From NCBI RefSeq assembly GCF_009914755.1, contig NC_060932.1: a stretch of 64,000 nt of DNA. One strand, given 5' to 3'. A program made the translations under genes and the position numbers. Origin of the DNA: the human T2T-CHM13v2.0 reference genome, Homo sapiens. Below the pieces are notes generated by a model. The model was not told the origin of the DNA. It worked only from the letters and a program-made list of their open reading frames with translations, and ran no database searches. Positions 52,031-64,000 of this stretch are shown here, in pieces; position 1 is the stretch's first letter; each line of letters begins with the position of its first letter.

Positions 52031-52998
52031 TTTATTATTATCAATTTGTAGATACAAATTATATGTGTCCAGATTCAAGAATGGTTATTACAGATTAAGC
52101 AGAAAAAATTATTTAAAAAAGAATTTTAAAAAATCTGAGTTTGGAAATGATTTTATCATTTAGCATGAGGTAATCTAGTTTACTGCTATAAATTCCAGAC
52201 TTGCATAGTGTCCAGAAAGCTCAGGACAAGCTACCTATTTTTGGAATATTGCATTCTAGGCAAGAGAACTTAAAGTTTGAAATACAAAAAAGTTTTAAAC
52301 GTAGGGTGGAATGATTATTGCATAACACTAATCAGCAAATATGCCTCTGATAATTTCTCAAGTGTGGAGGCCATGATACATTCTTCCAGATTATAAGGAA
52401 AATTTAATTCATGCTGCCTCATCCCAGTGTTAACTGGCCAGACACTCATGCATATGTCAATGAACTTCCTAAGTGACTGCTGGAAGGAAGCATCTCTAAA
52501 ATTGAATTTCCTGGTTGGTTTTCTAATGCACAAAGCAGGGAAGGTCATATTCTATCTGGGACACGTCTACTGCCTGAGACTTCTCCAGCATTTAATGTGG
52601 TAGTTTGGAGACGTCATACCCACCACAACCTGGGTCTCAGGTTAGGAGAATCCAGCTGTGGTTAGAGGGAAAAAAGAGACAGATACAGCACAGGAGGTAA
52701 ATGTCAGCAAGAGAAAGATTTGCTGTGCTTCATTCTGATGAGGGACCTGGAGGGTCAGCATATTTTCATCCCACCCACATGAGATCAAAAGCCACAATTC
52801 TCTCCCTCATCCTGCCACTTTCCTGAGGCCTATGCTCCCACAAGTTGCCTCAGGCAAAAGCTGGTTGGACTTAATTAACCGACAGCCTAAGCAGGAGACC
52901 TAAAGAAGGAGGAAGCAAAGAGGACTCCTAGGGAAGGTTAAGCAGTAGAAAGATAGGCAGAACTTTTGGGGAAGAAAAAGAAAATGGCAGATGGCAGG

Positions 52999-53541
52999 TG
53001 TCAGGTTCACAACTATGCCAATTGCCATGTTGAGGTCTGAAGGAAGTGGGTGGATGAGCAGAAAGAACACTCGGGGGGCCGTAGGCAGGTGAAAGATGAT
53101 TTTATTCAGCAGCTGCTCTCATCAACGGCTTTCTCACACTGTCTGCCCTGTCTCGGCTGCTTAATCCACTGGCTCCCACACACAGCTGCATGGCCAGCTC
53201 TCCCTTGCCTTCAGGGTCAGCAGCTTAACTCTTTCCCTCACTGGGCATGAGTAAGCTGAGCCATGTCCAGGCTCTTACCTTGCATCTGCAAAGATGGACA
53301 ACTCTGACTCTTTCTCTCCTTCTCTGGGTGTAAGCATGCCTCCACAGTCAACAGGGCAATTATACCTTTTACAGACAATAGTGGCTTAGGGACAAGGGAT
53401 GGCCTTCCCATGTTATGGCTACATAGCTGTGTTTACATTAGACATGGAATTGTGCACCTGCGTTCCAAACTCGCTGAGTCACTCTGGCCTGGATGTCTGC
53501 CTCAGCCTATTCCTTGACCAAAGCACAGCCATGTTCTTTAA
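52999..53541 (-). mobile_element. LTR18-like ERVL solo LTR
   Basis: Reverse complement begins aagaacatggctgtgctttggtcaagg...gcagacatccaggcc; antisense AATAAA at ~53101. Confidence 0.75.
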
Positions 53542-53667
53542 AGTGGGAGAGCAGAGGGCAAGGACTTTTTGGTATCAGCCTGAGAAAGATACAATATGGG
53601 CTGAGAGGTAAGTGGAGGGAAGACATAATTTTTTTTTACCTTATTGGGATCACTTGCATATACTTAG

Positions 53668-53670
53668 TTT

Positions 53671-53729
<59 letters not shown>
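53668..53729. repeat. poly(T) followed by (TG)n microsatellite
   Basis: Direct observation. Confidence 0.97.
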
Positions 53730-53732
<3 letters not shown>

Positions 53733-53784
53733 TTTTAATGGACATAAGTTGTACTTTCTTGTTGAATGATTAAGAACATAACTA

Positions 53785-53920
53785 AGTCAATTAGCTTAAT
53801 TCAAACATTTCACATTTTATATATATGCTATAACATCATTTCATGCCCCATAAATATATGTAATTATAATTTGTCAATATTCAATTAAAAATACTGAATA
53901 AGCAATTTAAAAAAAAAATA
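53785..53920 (+). mobile_element. L1MA 3' terminal fragment
   Basis: aattagctt...catttcaca...ccccataaatatatg...tttgtcaat plus A tail. Confidence 0.65.
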
Positions 53921-54239
53921 ACTAATGATTTTACCTCCATAACTGGCCCAGAAAACTGAGAGCTGAAGGGCGGAGGCCTGGTTTGACACCAGGGTGCTGT
54001 AGATCAATGTTCAGAGGGTTGACTTTTTTACTCCCCATCTTTGGTTTCCAGCTATTTTACTGTTTTTCTATAGTGATGTCATGTAGTGCATAGAGAGAAC
54101 TACTTTATGAATGTCTCACCTTTTTTTCCTGTTTTTCATATACAACATACTAATTGTGTTGTCACATTTTCAAAGATCATTAGTATACCTTTTTCTTTCC
54201 ATTTCAGAAACAGAGTCACCTCAGAAGCATTGTGTAGGC

Positions 54240-54460
54240 TGGGCGATGGAGTTTTCAAGAGTGTAGACACATCCAGGTTTAAATCACAGGTCTGTGTCTT
54301 ACTAGTTGATTTGACCTCAGGCAGGTTAAATAAATTTTCTCTGGATCATTTTTTTCTCATTTGTAAAATTAGGGTAATTACAGAAGCAAAAAAATTAGAA
54401 GAATTTAGCACAGAGCTTGGTGCATATGTGTGAATTAAATAGAAGCCAATAAATTCTTAC
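54240..54460 (+). mobile_element. MIR
   Basis: ggtttaaatc...tgacctcaggcaggtta...ttctcatttgtaaaat. Confidence 0.75.
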
Positions 54461-54829
54461 TGATAGTTATGTTAGTACTTATTTCCTTATATCTGAAAAC
54501 ATCTGGTAAATAAAGATTATGTCATTGTAATAACAGCCCAAACCATGTATTTACTGCACTGAGATTAAAGTAGCTTAAGTTGAAAAAATTTATGACCTCA
54601 TATACTTTGAAACCTTCTCTTTAAATCATCATATATTTATAAAAAATAGATATTTCCATACAGACTCTATAATGATGATTTTGGGGAAAAAAGAAGCTTA
54701 AAAAGCACACAAATTCATATCAAAACATGGGAACACAGCAATCATGACCTCTAAGTGTAAAGCCTACTTCTGCACAGTTGAGATGCTTTTGATCCATTCT
54801 GCGAAGTCCACTTCTGAATTCTTTCTTAT

Positions 54830-55080
54830 CTTGTTGAATGTTGCTATATTTTCTGGAATCATCTCCTCTCCCTCTCTTTCCCTTACCCTTTCACAACAAG
54901 TCATCAAGATCTTTTAATTCTATCCTCCAATTATGTTGGGAACCTATGCTCCTTTCTCTATACCCACTGCCATTGTTTCATTTCTTGTCTGGGTTACTGC
55001 AATAGCCTCTTAACCAGTTTTTCTCCCTACTTGCCACTCTCTAATCCATCCTTTGCACCTCGATAAATCTGATTGTTCTA
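54830..55080 (+). mobile_element. L2 fragment (continues around 56350-56720)
   Basis: ttactgcaatagcctcttaac...ctctaatccatc; ttgttccctttgcct...gtaggtgatcaat. Confidence 0.6.
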
Positions 55081-55104
55081 CTCCTGCCGTGCCCACCCCC
55101 CCTC

Positions 55105-55311
55105 CTTTTTTTTTGAGACAGAGTCTCGCTTTGTCATCCAAACTGGAGTACAGTGGCACAATCTCGGCTCACTGCAACCTCTGTTTCCCGAGTTCAAGCG
55201 ATTCTCCCTGCCTCAGCCTCCTGAGTAGCTGGAATTACAGGTGCCCACCACCACACTGGGCTAATTTTTGTATCTTTAGTAGAGATGGGGTTTCACCACG
55301 CTGGCCAGGTT
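55105..55311 (-). mobile_element. 5'-truncated AluS
   Basis: Right monomer and part of left, antisense. Confidence 0.92.
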
Positions 55312-55592
55312 ACCCCCTCTTAAAGCCTGCAGTGGTTCTCTATGCCTTATGAGATTTATTATAAGATTCCTAGGATGGCCTTCCAGGGACTGCTAGTTGA
55401 TTTCTAATATCCATTTTCCCTTTCTCTTTCATAATAGGACCACTTGCCTGCTGCCATCTTTAGAAGACACATAACTGAAGGTTAAATCCCCAGCTTCCCT
55501 TTAGCTCATTGTGAATATATTCCTCAGTTCTGGTCAATAGCATGTAAGCAAGAGTGCTATGTAGCACTTCTGCTAAATGTCCTTAAAGACAG

Positions 55593-55954
55593 TGCTATAG
55601 ATTAAATGTCTGTGTCCCCCTAAAGTTTTTATGTTAAAATCCTAAGCCCCAATATGAGGATATTATGAGGTTGGGCCGTTGGTAAGTGATTTGGTAGGCA
55701 GAGCCCTCATGAATGGGATTCAGGACCTGTAAAAGAGACCTCAGAGAGCTTTTTTACTCTTTCTACTACGTGAAGATACACACAGCAAGAAGATGGCTGT
55801 TTATAAACAAGGAAGCAAGCCTCACCAGATACTGGAATATACGGATACCTTGATTTTGGACTTCCCAGCCTCTGGAACTAAGAGAAATACATTTTCGTTA
55901 TTTACAAGCTACCCAGTCTATGATATTTTATATAGCAGCCAGAACAGACTGACA
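55593..55954 (+). mobile_element. MLT1A-like LTR nested in an older MLT1 (about 55450-56240)
   Basis: tgctatag...aatgtctgtgtcccc...gagccctcatgaatgggatt...tatagcagccagaacagact; flanks end in aaatcctaatat. Confidence 0.8.
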
Positions 55955-57174
55955 GAGAAGTAGCGTGTCTTTCTTTATCCTTTTCTCTTTCCTAATAACT
56001 GAATTGTAGATATGAGGGTTAGGGTTACAACAGCTCTTTGAACTTGTGAGGTGAGATACAAAAAATGGTGGAGTAGCAAGCAAAAGAGAACCTGAATCTA
56101 TTAGCATCACTGAGCTTCCAAACTTGTCATAGACTGGCTTCCTCAAGCAATAACATGGGTGGGAGAAATAAACTGCTGTCTTCTATGAGCCAATATTATT
56201 TTGAATTTCTGACACCTTTAGTCAGACTAAATCCTAATATGTATGCAATCCACTGTCTTCCAAAGTATTGTCCTTCTGTTAAATTTCATATTACATTTCT
56301 TTTCCATTGGACTTTTCTCTACAACAATCCTGAACTACATGTTGGCCCAAGACCGTAGAATGATGTCAAATCTTACTGCTTTGGTTCAGGTTGTTCCCTT
56401 TGCCTAACATCACATACCCCACAGCTCTAATAGTCTTCATTTGAATTTTAGAATTATTACTTATTTTTCAATACCCTGCTCACACATCATCTCCCATAAG
56501 AAGCAATCACTGACAATTCACTTCATGCCTCCCAAAGGTGATTTTGCCCTCCCTCTCACAACCTCTGGAGCTGTACAGGTTTAAAATTTCACCACTCACA
56601 TACACTGACAGTTACTTATTTGTGTGTGTTCTTTTCCTATTAATCCTTGAGGGTGGTGATTCTGTCCTATATATTTGCCATGTCTAGCAGTCTCTGGCAA
56701 TTTGTAGGTGATCAATCAAAATACAGTTCTGATTTCATAGGTCATAATCATATTTCTGGAGTTTTCCAATAAAAGTAATATTTCATATATACTATTTCTC
56801 AATTCAAAGGAAGAAAATGACATTCTCTCATTGCATTTCGGACTGATCAAAAACTTAAATTTTAAGTTGTGTGTTATTCAAAAGATTGAGTGATTTTATT
56901 TGAGAGACTACATTCTATTCTGAAATGCTTCATAATAAAAGTTGTTGCCTCAGAAAAATGTTAGAACATTAAAATGGCATTTAGTTTAAATGTAATACAA
57001 TTTATGAAAAATCGTAAAAGCATACTTTTAGATATCTCTATTATCTTTTAAAAATATGGCTTCCTTTCTAATACCAGTTTTTCCTTCCAAAAAAGATATA
57101 CCCTATTTTTTCTCCCTAAATGTTTTCTGAGCATTTTCCTATGTCTTTAAATTGTCCTCAAAACAAATATTTTA

Positions 57175-57438
57175 AAAAAATTTTTTAGACACATCTCACT
57201 TTGTCACCCAGGCTGGAGTGCAGTGACGCCAACATACAGCTCACTGCAGCCTCTATCTCCCAGGCTCAGGTGATTCTCTCACCTCAGCCACCCAAGGAGC
57301 TGGGATTACAGGTGCATGTCATCATACCCAGATAATTTTTTTGTAGAGACAGGGTCTTGCCACATTGCCAAGGCTGGTTTTGAACTTCTGGGTTCAACTG
57401 ATCTGCCTGCCTCAGCCTCCCAAAGTGCTGGGATTACT
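57175..57438 (-). mobile_element. AluJ
   Basis: Antisense dimer. Confidence 0.9.
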
Positions 57439-57459
57439 GCATAATATTCCCCTTTAGGT

Positions 57460-57785
57460 TACTATATTAAACTAATCTACTTTCTGTCCTTATGTATTTG
57501 CCTTTGTTGGATGCTTTATATAAATGGAATCATACAATATGTGGTCTTTTGTGACTGGCTTCTTTCATTAAGCATAACGTTTTCGAGATTGTTGTAGCAT
57601 GTATCAATGTCTCATTCCTTTTTATTGCCTAATAATATTCCTTTGTATGGCTATGTCTCACTGTGCTTGTCAATTTATCAGTTGATGGATATTTGGATTA
57701 TTTCTACTTTTTGGCTATTATGAATAATAATGGTATAAATATTAATGTACAGGTTTTTGTGTAGACATATGCTTTCATTTTTCTT
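57460..57785 (-). mobile_element. L1MB-like 3' fragment
   Basis: atataaatggaatcatacaatatgtggtcttttgtgactggcttctttca. Confidence 0.85.
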
Positions 57786-57799
57786 AAGAATATACATAG

Positions 57800-58031
57800 C
57801 TTACCTCCCATATATCAGTGAGAACATAACGATGTTTGGTTTTCCATTCCTCAGTTATTTTACTTACAATAATAGTCTCCAATCTCATCCAGGTCACTGC
57901 AAATGCTGTTAATTCATTCCTTTTTATGACTGGGTGGTATTCCATCCTATATCTATATACTACAGTTTCTTTATTCACTCGTTGATTGATGGGCATTTGG
58001 GTTGGTTCCACAATTTTGCAATTGCAAATTG
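57800..58031 (-). mobile_element. L1PB-like fragment (ORF2 end)
   Basis: ORF 57784-58056 has NELTAFAVTWMRLETIIVSK, the L1 ORF2 C-terminus. Confidence 0.85.
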
Positions 58032-61000
58032 CAAAGCACACTTTTGATAAGTTCAAAATTTATCACTAGAGGAAAGACATCTAGTGCATCCCTTGCTGGA
58101 TTAGGATCAAGATATTAAATTCTTGGATTCCTGATTCACTGAACTGGTCATTTTTTAGCTAAACCCTCATGCTGCACTCTCTACTTGGGCCTTCCCGGGG
58201 AACAGAGCTGTCTGCAGTCCCTGATACAATTACTTTGGGAGTTGCTCATTTCTAGAAAAATCATACTCAGGAAATGTTAAAAGAATAAAAATTTGGCAGG
58301 CTTCGTATAATATGCTGTCTGCATAAAGTTGTACAGACTATACAGAATCTTGAGATACAAATCTTTAGAGTTTTTCCCTGTCTTTTCATTTCCCAAATGT
58401 TATTATTCATGAATTTGTAAACATAAGACACATCTGAGGTGCACTGATGAGCAATGGGACATATGGTATTGGGTTTATCAAAGCCATTTTACAGCAAAGA
58501 GACATGCAGTCAGATGGTGAAGTAACACAACAAAAATATAAATAGTTTTCTTAATTACAAAAATTGAACATAAGTTACATTTATCAAAGGAGGCTAGATT
58601 TTACTTTAATGGCTGAAAAAAATAACTGTAAAGATGGTAACACATGTCATGTTTGGTTCTTCATTAATGTTGCCATTCAAATACAGCAGTTGTGTAATAA
58701 AAAATTCAATTAGTTAAAATAAGTAATTTTTGTTCAGAGGAACTGAAGCTAATGTGGTTAAAAATGCATTTTTTTTCCAACAAAACACTTTTTGTTCCTT
58801 TTGGTGTTGCAGAGTTGTAGAATAAACCCATAAACACTTGCTTCTTTCCTCCTCTTGCCCACCACAAAATGAAAGCACATGGTTATTGCTACCATACATT
58901 CAGTCTTGCTTCTTATGCTAGAAGAATAATTAAATGTAGGGATCCAGTTATCGTTCAAAAGAGTAGGTCTAAAAATTGGAAATATGACACTTATTTTTGA
59001 AATATCAATGAAAATGTGCCTAGCTGAGATAGTGTTCAAAATGAATTCATTCAGACAGTGTCTGTGAAAGCTTCTATTCCTCTCAGAGATTCCCTATCAA
59101 GCTTTGCAAAAGGATGTTGTATTTCACTGTCTCCTAAAAATGTGTACAACCAGGGCAGGACCATGCCCTTATGAGGCAGACATTTCCCCCAGTAAACACA
59201 AAGCTGAGTTTGGGACGCTATAAACAATTCTGTGGACTTTCACAGTAAGATCAGATCGGAGCATGGATTACATTATTTTGTATGCTTGCCTTTCATAGTC
59301 TTAATGGATTTTCAAAAATGTGCAGTGATGCTTTGTGTAGTACAAGGCTGCAGAGATAACACAACACTTCAGCACAACCTGTGACCTGCCCAGCTACACA
59401 AGTAAATGATGACTCCTATTTCCAGTGCTGGAATTATTTGTCCGATAGATAGAACATGCAGGATAAAAACTTTTGAATACAATTTTGCAACAGTGAACTC
59501 TCGATGGCTAGACCAAAGATGCAGGCTAATTGTTTCTATTCTACACCATGGGCAGTTCCATGTCTTTCATAGAAGTCTTATGCTTCCCTCTGTCATTCTG
59601 TTTCCTGGTCAATAAATTACAAACTATACTTTTAGTTTTCTATATAGAGATTTATACTAAAAACTTAAGAAGTGATGATGGAGAAGAAAAGAGTAGAGAA
59701 AAAAGAGGTCCCTGTCCTTTCTCAAATACATGAAAACATGTTTTTAGAAACCTACTTTGTAGTTTTAACCTAAGCTTTATTTCAAATCAGTCACATAGAG
59801 CAGTAATAATCATGTTTCCTTAGATCTGATGACCATGCTATGAATTATTTTCCTACATAAATTCACTTAATAGTAATTAATTTAATGTATTTTAGATGCA
59901 ACTAAATGAGACTATCCAATTTCTCAAACGTACACATGTTGTACTGTGTAAATTTGTAACACATATTTGATAATATTACATATGGCATTAGTGGGGAAAT
60001 ATTAACTCTTTGAATATACTACTATCTGTTTTCTCTGACCACTTTGAAGAAAAACTCTGGTGCCCTTAGAAGATGTATTAGTGGAAAATATCTAGTCTGT
60101 CACATTTGCACCATTACATAGAGAAGAGAAAACTAAAACAATTGATGTGACTTCAGAGAGATTATTCTCACTACTTTAACTTTCTTATTTCTAAAATGAG
60201 GGGCTTCAACAGACGAACGTTTGGATTCTTGTGGCTTTAATATCTGTTGGTTCAGTGAGTGACACTGGCTTGGGATTCTTGTCATTATTCATCAGAAGAG
60301 CACTTAGGAACTACATGCTTTAATAAGTAAAGTAACCAGGGATTTTTGTCTTTGATTCATGATAGCTAGTAACAGAGAAAATGTCTCAGTAATTATACTT
60401 GATGTTAGAAAACTACAACATTTTCAATATTTGCATTTGTTCTATATTCTAGAGATCAAGCATAAAATATTAGATCACAGTGAATATCAATTTTTTAGGG
60501 AAGTAAAGTTCATAATTTAATTATATTATTACACCATTTTCTTGGGAGGTAATATTTTCTGTATTTTTAAATTATTAATAGTTTATCTTTTTATTTTTCT
60601 CAACAGAATCATTTGAATATCAAAGCATAGGACTCTAATTGTCAAAGACATTTGAACAATTTTATTTTTCTTTGAAATTTTTAAACTATTATCTTATTTG
60701 TGGATCTTTCATATTATTCAAATTAAACTAGTCATACCAGAAATTCTTCTAAATAAACACCTTTTAAAATCTCTCTTAATTTGGTTCTGCTTGTAGGCCT
60801 GCTTTCTCTTGTGTGTGTTGTGAAAATGTGGAAGGGATCTCTATTCCATACTCTGTGCTTTCCCTTATGAACATTTTAAATCTTAAAATCCTTGAAATTC
60901 AGAAATTAGAGTTTTTAATTTTTTTAATATTCTGAATCTAACACTAATAAGTAGAAAAAAAAACCCAAGCTTACATCTACTATTCAGAGTAACAAGTGAA

Positions 61001-61550
61001 ATACAGTTCCCAATATTATTATGCATGAAATCTGTTATAATCAAAAGCCACTCTTAAGATTTTACCTTAGGTGGTAACTGACAGCCTCTTATAGGCCTTG
61101 CAAAATCCAGCTTTTCTTTTTGAAGGAAAAATTCTATTACAAATTTCTTTATACCTGAAACTAAATTATAAACATTTTTAAATATTTAAGAGTTTATATC
61201 TCATAATTTTTTGACTCTTGTTTCTTTCTATACTTAATTTTACTTAGGTATATTGAGAGACAATACCAGTTTAAGCTTTTTTGTTTGTTCAGTTTTTATT
61301 CTTCCATCTATTCAGCAAATATTTATTGGCCATTTACAGTAAGCAATCTGTGAAAGACAGAATTAAATAACAAATTGACCCTGCTTACAATCTAGTACAG
61401 TAACTAACTCACATATCAGTTGAGTAAAAGGAAATGATTTTATTTTTCTTTTACCCATCATCTGTGGGCCTTGAAATAGGCAAATTATAAATGAGAAAGA
61501 TATTGTTGTTGGCTAAAAAGAGAACTAAAATTAATCTATTTTCATGATAA

Positions 61551-61848
<298 letters not shown>

Positions 61849-62211
61849 AGTCCTTCTTTTAAGTGTTTGCAGTCCTGTTGAGGAGTCAGGTCAATAAACA
61901 GCTGTTTGCTACACAATTTGACAAGTATAATAATAGTGAAAAATCCAGAGTAATCAAAGAACAAACAGTAGGGACACTGTAGTGGCTTGGAAGTGTAGAG
62001 CAGAGGAAAGGACGATAAGAGTGGTTCTGAGGTTCAACAGGGCTATCCAGCAGATAGAGAATGGGCTGGGGGTAAGAAGAACAAGTGAGAAGGGTAACAG
62101 TCATGGTAGGTTTACACCCTTATCTGGATTGAGATGACTCTAAAACTCATAAAAAATGTAAAATCACTAATTTTTGTTGTTTCTAGAAATAGCATAACAG
62201 ACATCCTATCC

Positions 62212-62530
62212 TTTTATCTTTTTCTTCTTATTTTATTTATTTTTTGGGGAAAAGGGTCTCCGTCTGTCACCCAGGCTAGAGTGCAGTGGTGCAATCTTGA
62301 CTCACTGCAGCCTCTACCTCCCCAGATTCAGGTGATCCTCTCACCTCAGCTTCCTGAGTAGCTGGGACTACAGGCTCTCAATATCATGCACAGCTAATTT
62401 TTGTATTTTTTGTAGAAATGGGGTTTCACCAGGTTGCCCAGGCTGGTCTCAAACTCCTGGACTCAAGTGATCCTCTCACCTGAGGCTCCCAAAGTGCTAG
62501 CATTACAGGCACGTGCCACTTTGCCCGGCT
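62212..62530 (-). mobile_element. AluJ
   Basis: TSD gacatccta at 62200 and 62531. Confidence 0.92.
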
Positions 62531-62670
62531 GACATCCTAACTTCAACCCTTGTATTAGTGTTCTTTTATTTGTATATTGTGTAAAGTTTTATATGTATTT
62601 TTTCTTTATATTAAGGTAACAGTTTTGTTTTTTCCTCCCCTAATTTGTTAGGACTTTGTTACCTCTAAAG

Positions 62671-62872
62671 CAAGGGTGTCCAATCTTTTGGCTTCCCTGG
62701 GCCGTGTTGGAAGAAGAATTGTCTTGGGCCACACTTAAAATACACTAACGCTAATGATAGCTGATGAGCTTAAAAAATTGCAAAAGAGTCTCATAATGTT
62801 TTAAGAAAGTTTGCAAACTTGTGTTGGGCCTCATTCAAAGTTGTCCTGTGGGCTGCGGGCTGGACAAATTTG
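62671..62872. mobile_element. MER30 hAT-Charlie MITE
   Basis: caagggtgtccaatcttttggcttccctgggcc...tggacaaatttg; perfect 8-bp TSD ctctaaag. Confidence 0.95.
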
Positions 62873-63139
62873 CTCTAAAGGAATATCATCTCCTAACAGA
62901 GGAGTTCTACTATTAAACTAAACCAATGCATGCTTCTGGGAGAACTGTAGAAAACTGAGGATTGTCATAGGTCTAGACTAAGAAGAAAGGAACATATGGT
63001 GATAAAAATACTTCATCTGATACATGCCTAATCAAATAAAGTTGCAAAATAAAGAAGCCTGCAAACAGTTGGAGTGTTTATAAAGCACCCACCCTCATTT
63101 TATTAAGTAAAAATAAATGACTATGACCATAAAACTATA

Positions 63140-64000
63140 AGAGTGAGCCTTCTTCTTTCAACTGAAATAGCTGGTATAGAACTTGTCCTCTAACTATAAA
63201 TAGCAAAAGAACTGGAATATATATATTTTACAATTGTTTTCAAGAATTGGAGAATAGACAGATTAGAATTATGATCCCTGAAAGAAAGGTGGCTAAGGAG
63301 GTAGGTCATAAAATTGTCAAGCTTTTGTTTTGGAGGCAATTTTTAGACTATAATTCAGGGAAAGAACCCAAAATAGAGCAGGATGGTATAAATTGATGAA
63401 AGGAGAATGAAATTTGGGGAGGCTGAGGCTGCTACAATTTTCAGGGCAGAGTACTGGGAGGTGTGACCTACACAGAGAAACAATTTCAGAATCTTTAATT
63501 CATTGGTTAAATACTAACTTAGGCATGCTTAGGGTAAAATTTCATAAGGACAGCAAAAGAACAACTACCAGAGAGCTTTAAGCTGAAAAAAAAAAATCCC
63601 AGAGGCCAATGATGGGAGGTGTTTGAATTCTAACCAGGGAGTAAAAAGTATCATCGAACATTGAGGGCATTCAGTAGAGATCACAGAAAGTCATGTCTTA
63701 GTAGTAAGGCTAAACTAGGATTACAGAAAGACTACTCTAGGCCCATCTTAACAATGTTTCTAAACAATTGTGAAAAATATTATGCAAAGGTAGAAGTAAT
63801 ATATCTGCTTGCCAAAATAAACTTCAACACTAAAGGAAGAAAACAAAATGCAAGTGCTCAACAATGTAACATATGCTGTGTGTAGTATCCACTCACAAAT
63901 TGCAAAACAAAATGGAAGTACTCAACAATGTAACATATGCTGTGTCTAGCACCCACTCACAAATTGCTAACTAACTATGCAAAAAGCATCAATTTATGAT
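63140..64000 (+). mobile_element. Old L1M 5'-region-like sequence
   Basis: A-rich; ttttcaagaattggagaatagaca, tttcagggcagagtact, gaaagtcatgtcttagtagtaaggctaaacta resemble L1M 5' ends. Confidence 0.5.
63840..63967. repeat. 64-bp tandem duplication (2 copies, 5 mismatches)
   Basis: 63840-63903 vs 63904-63967. Confidence 0.95.

Noticed and set aside
58440-58500. Hammerhead ribozyme core (CTGATGA), also at ~14278, ~38839, ~52736 and ~62761
   Set aside because: No stem II followed by GAAA and no closing helices; several hits lie in known repeats.

Overview
Primate (human/ape-like; contains AluY and L1PA3/4-type elements) AT-rich, repeat-dense non-coding DNA, most likely intergenic or deep intronic. 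I see no intact host protein-coding gene, RNA gene or CRISPR array. Bases 1-6345 are the 3' part of a decayed HERV-K(HML-3)/HERVK9 provirus: gag, dUTPase-pro, pol and a shortened env, then a PPT and a MER9-type 3' LTR. The rest is a mosaic of Alu, L1, L2, MIR, MaLR/ERV solo LTRs and hAT/Tigger DNA-transposon fossils. I found no convincing new biological system. The most unusual structures are: (i) an old L2 split by a ~4.3 kb insert bracketed by a ~322-bp, ~94%-identical direct duplication; (ii) inside that insert, a ~2.85 kb minisatellite whose 28-bp unit carries a perfect 20-bp palindrome; (iii) a ~65-bp patchwork insertion in the provirus built from local inverted copies plus an 18-nt piece identical to its own LTR; (iv) Trp-to-stop G>A changes in the provirus suggestive of APOBEC3 editing; (v) a tiny TSD-flanked poly(A) insertion and an 18-bp L1 5' inversion. 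Repeat subfamily names come from my recollection of consensus sequences and need RepeatMasker/Dfam confirmation. Boundaries of old repeats are approximate.
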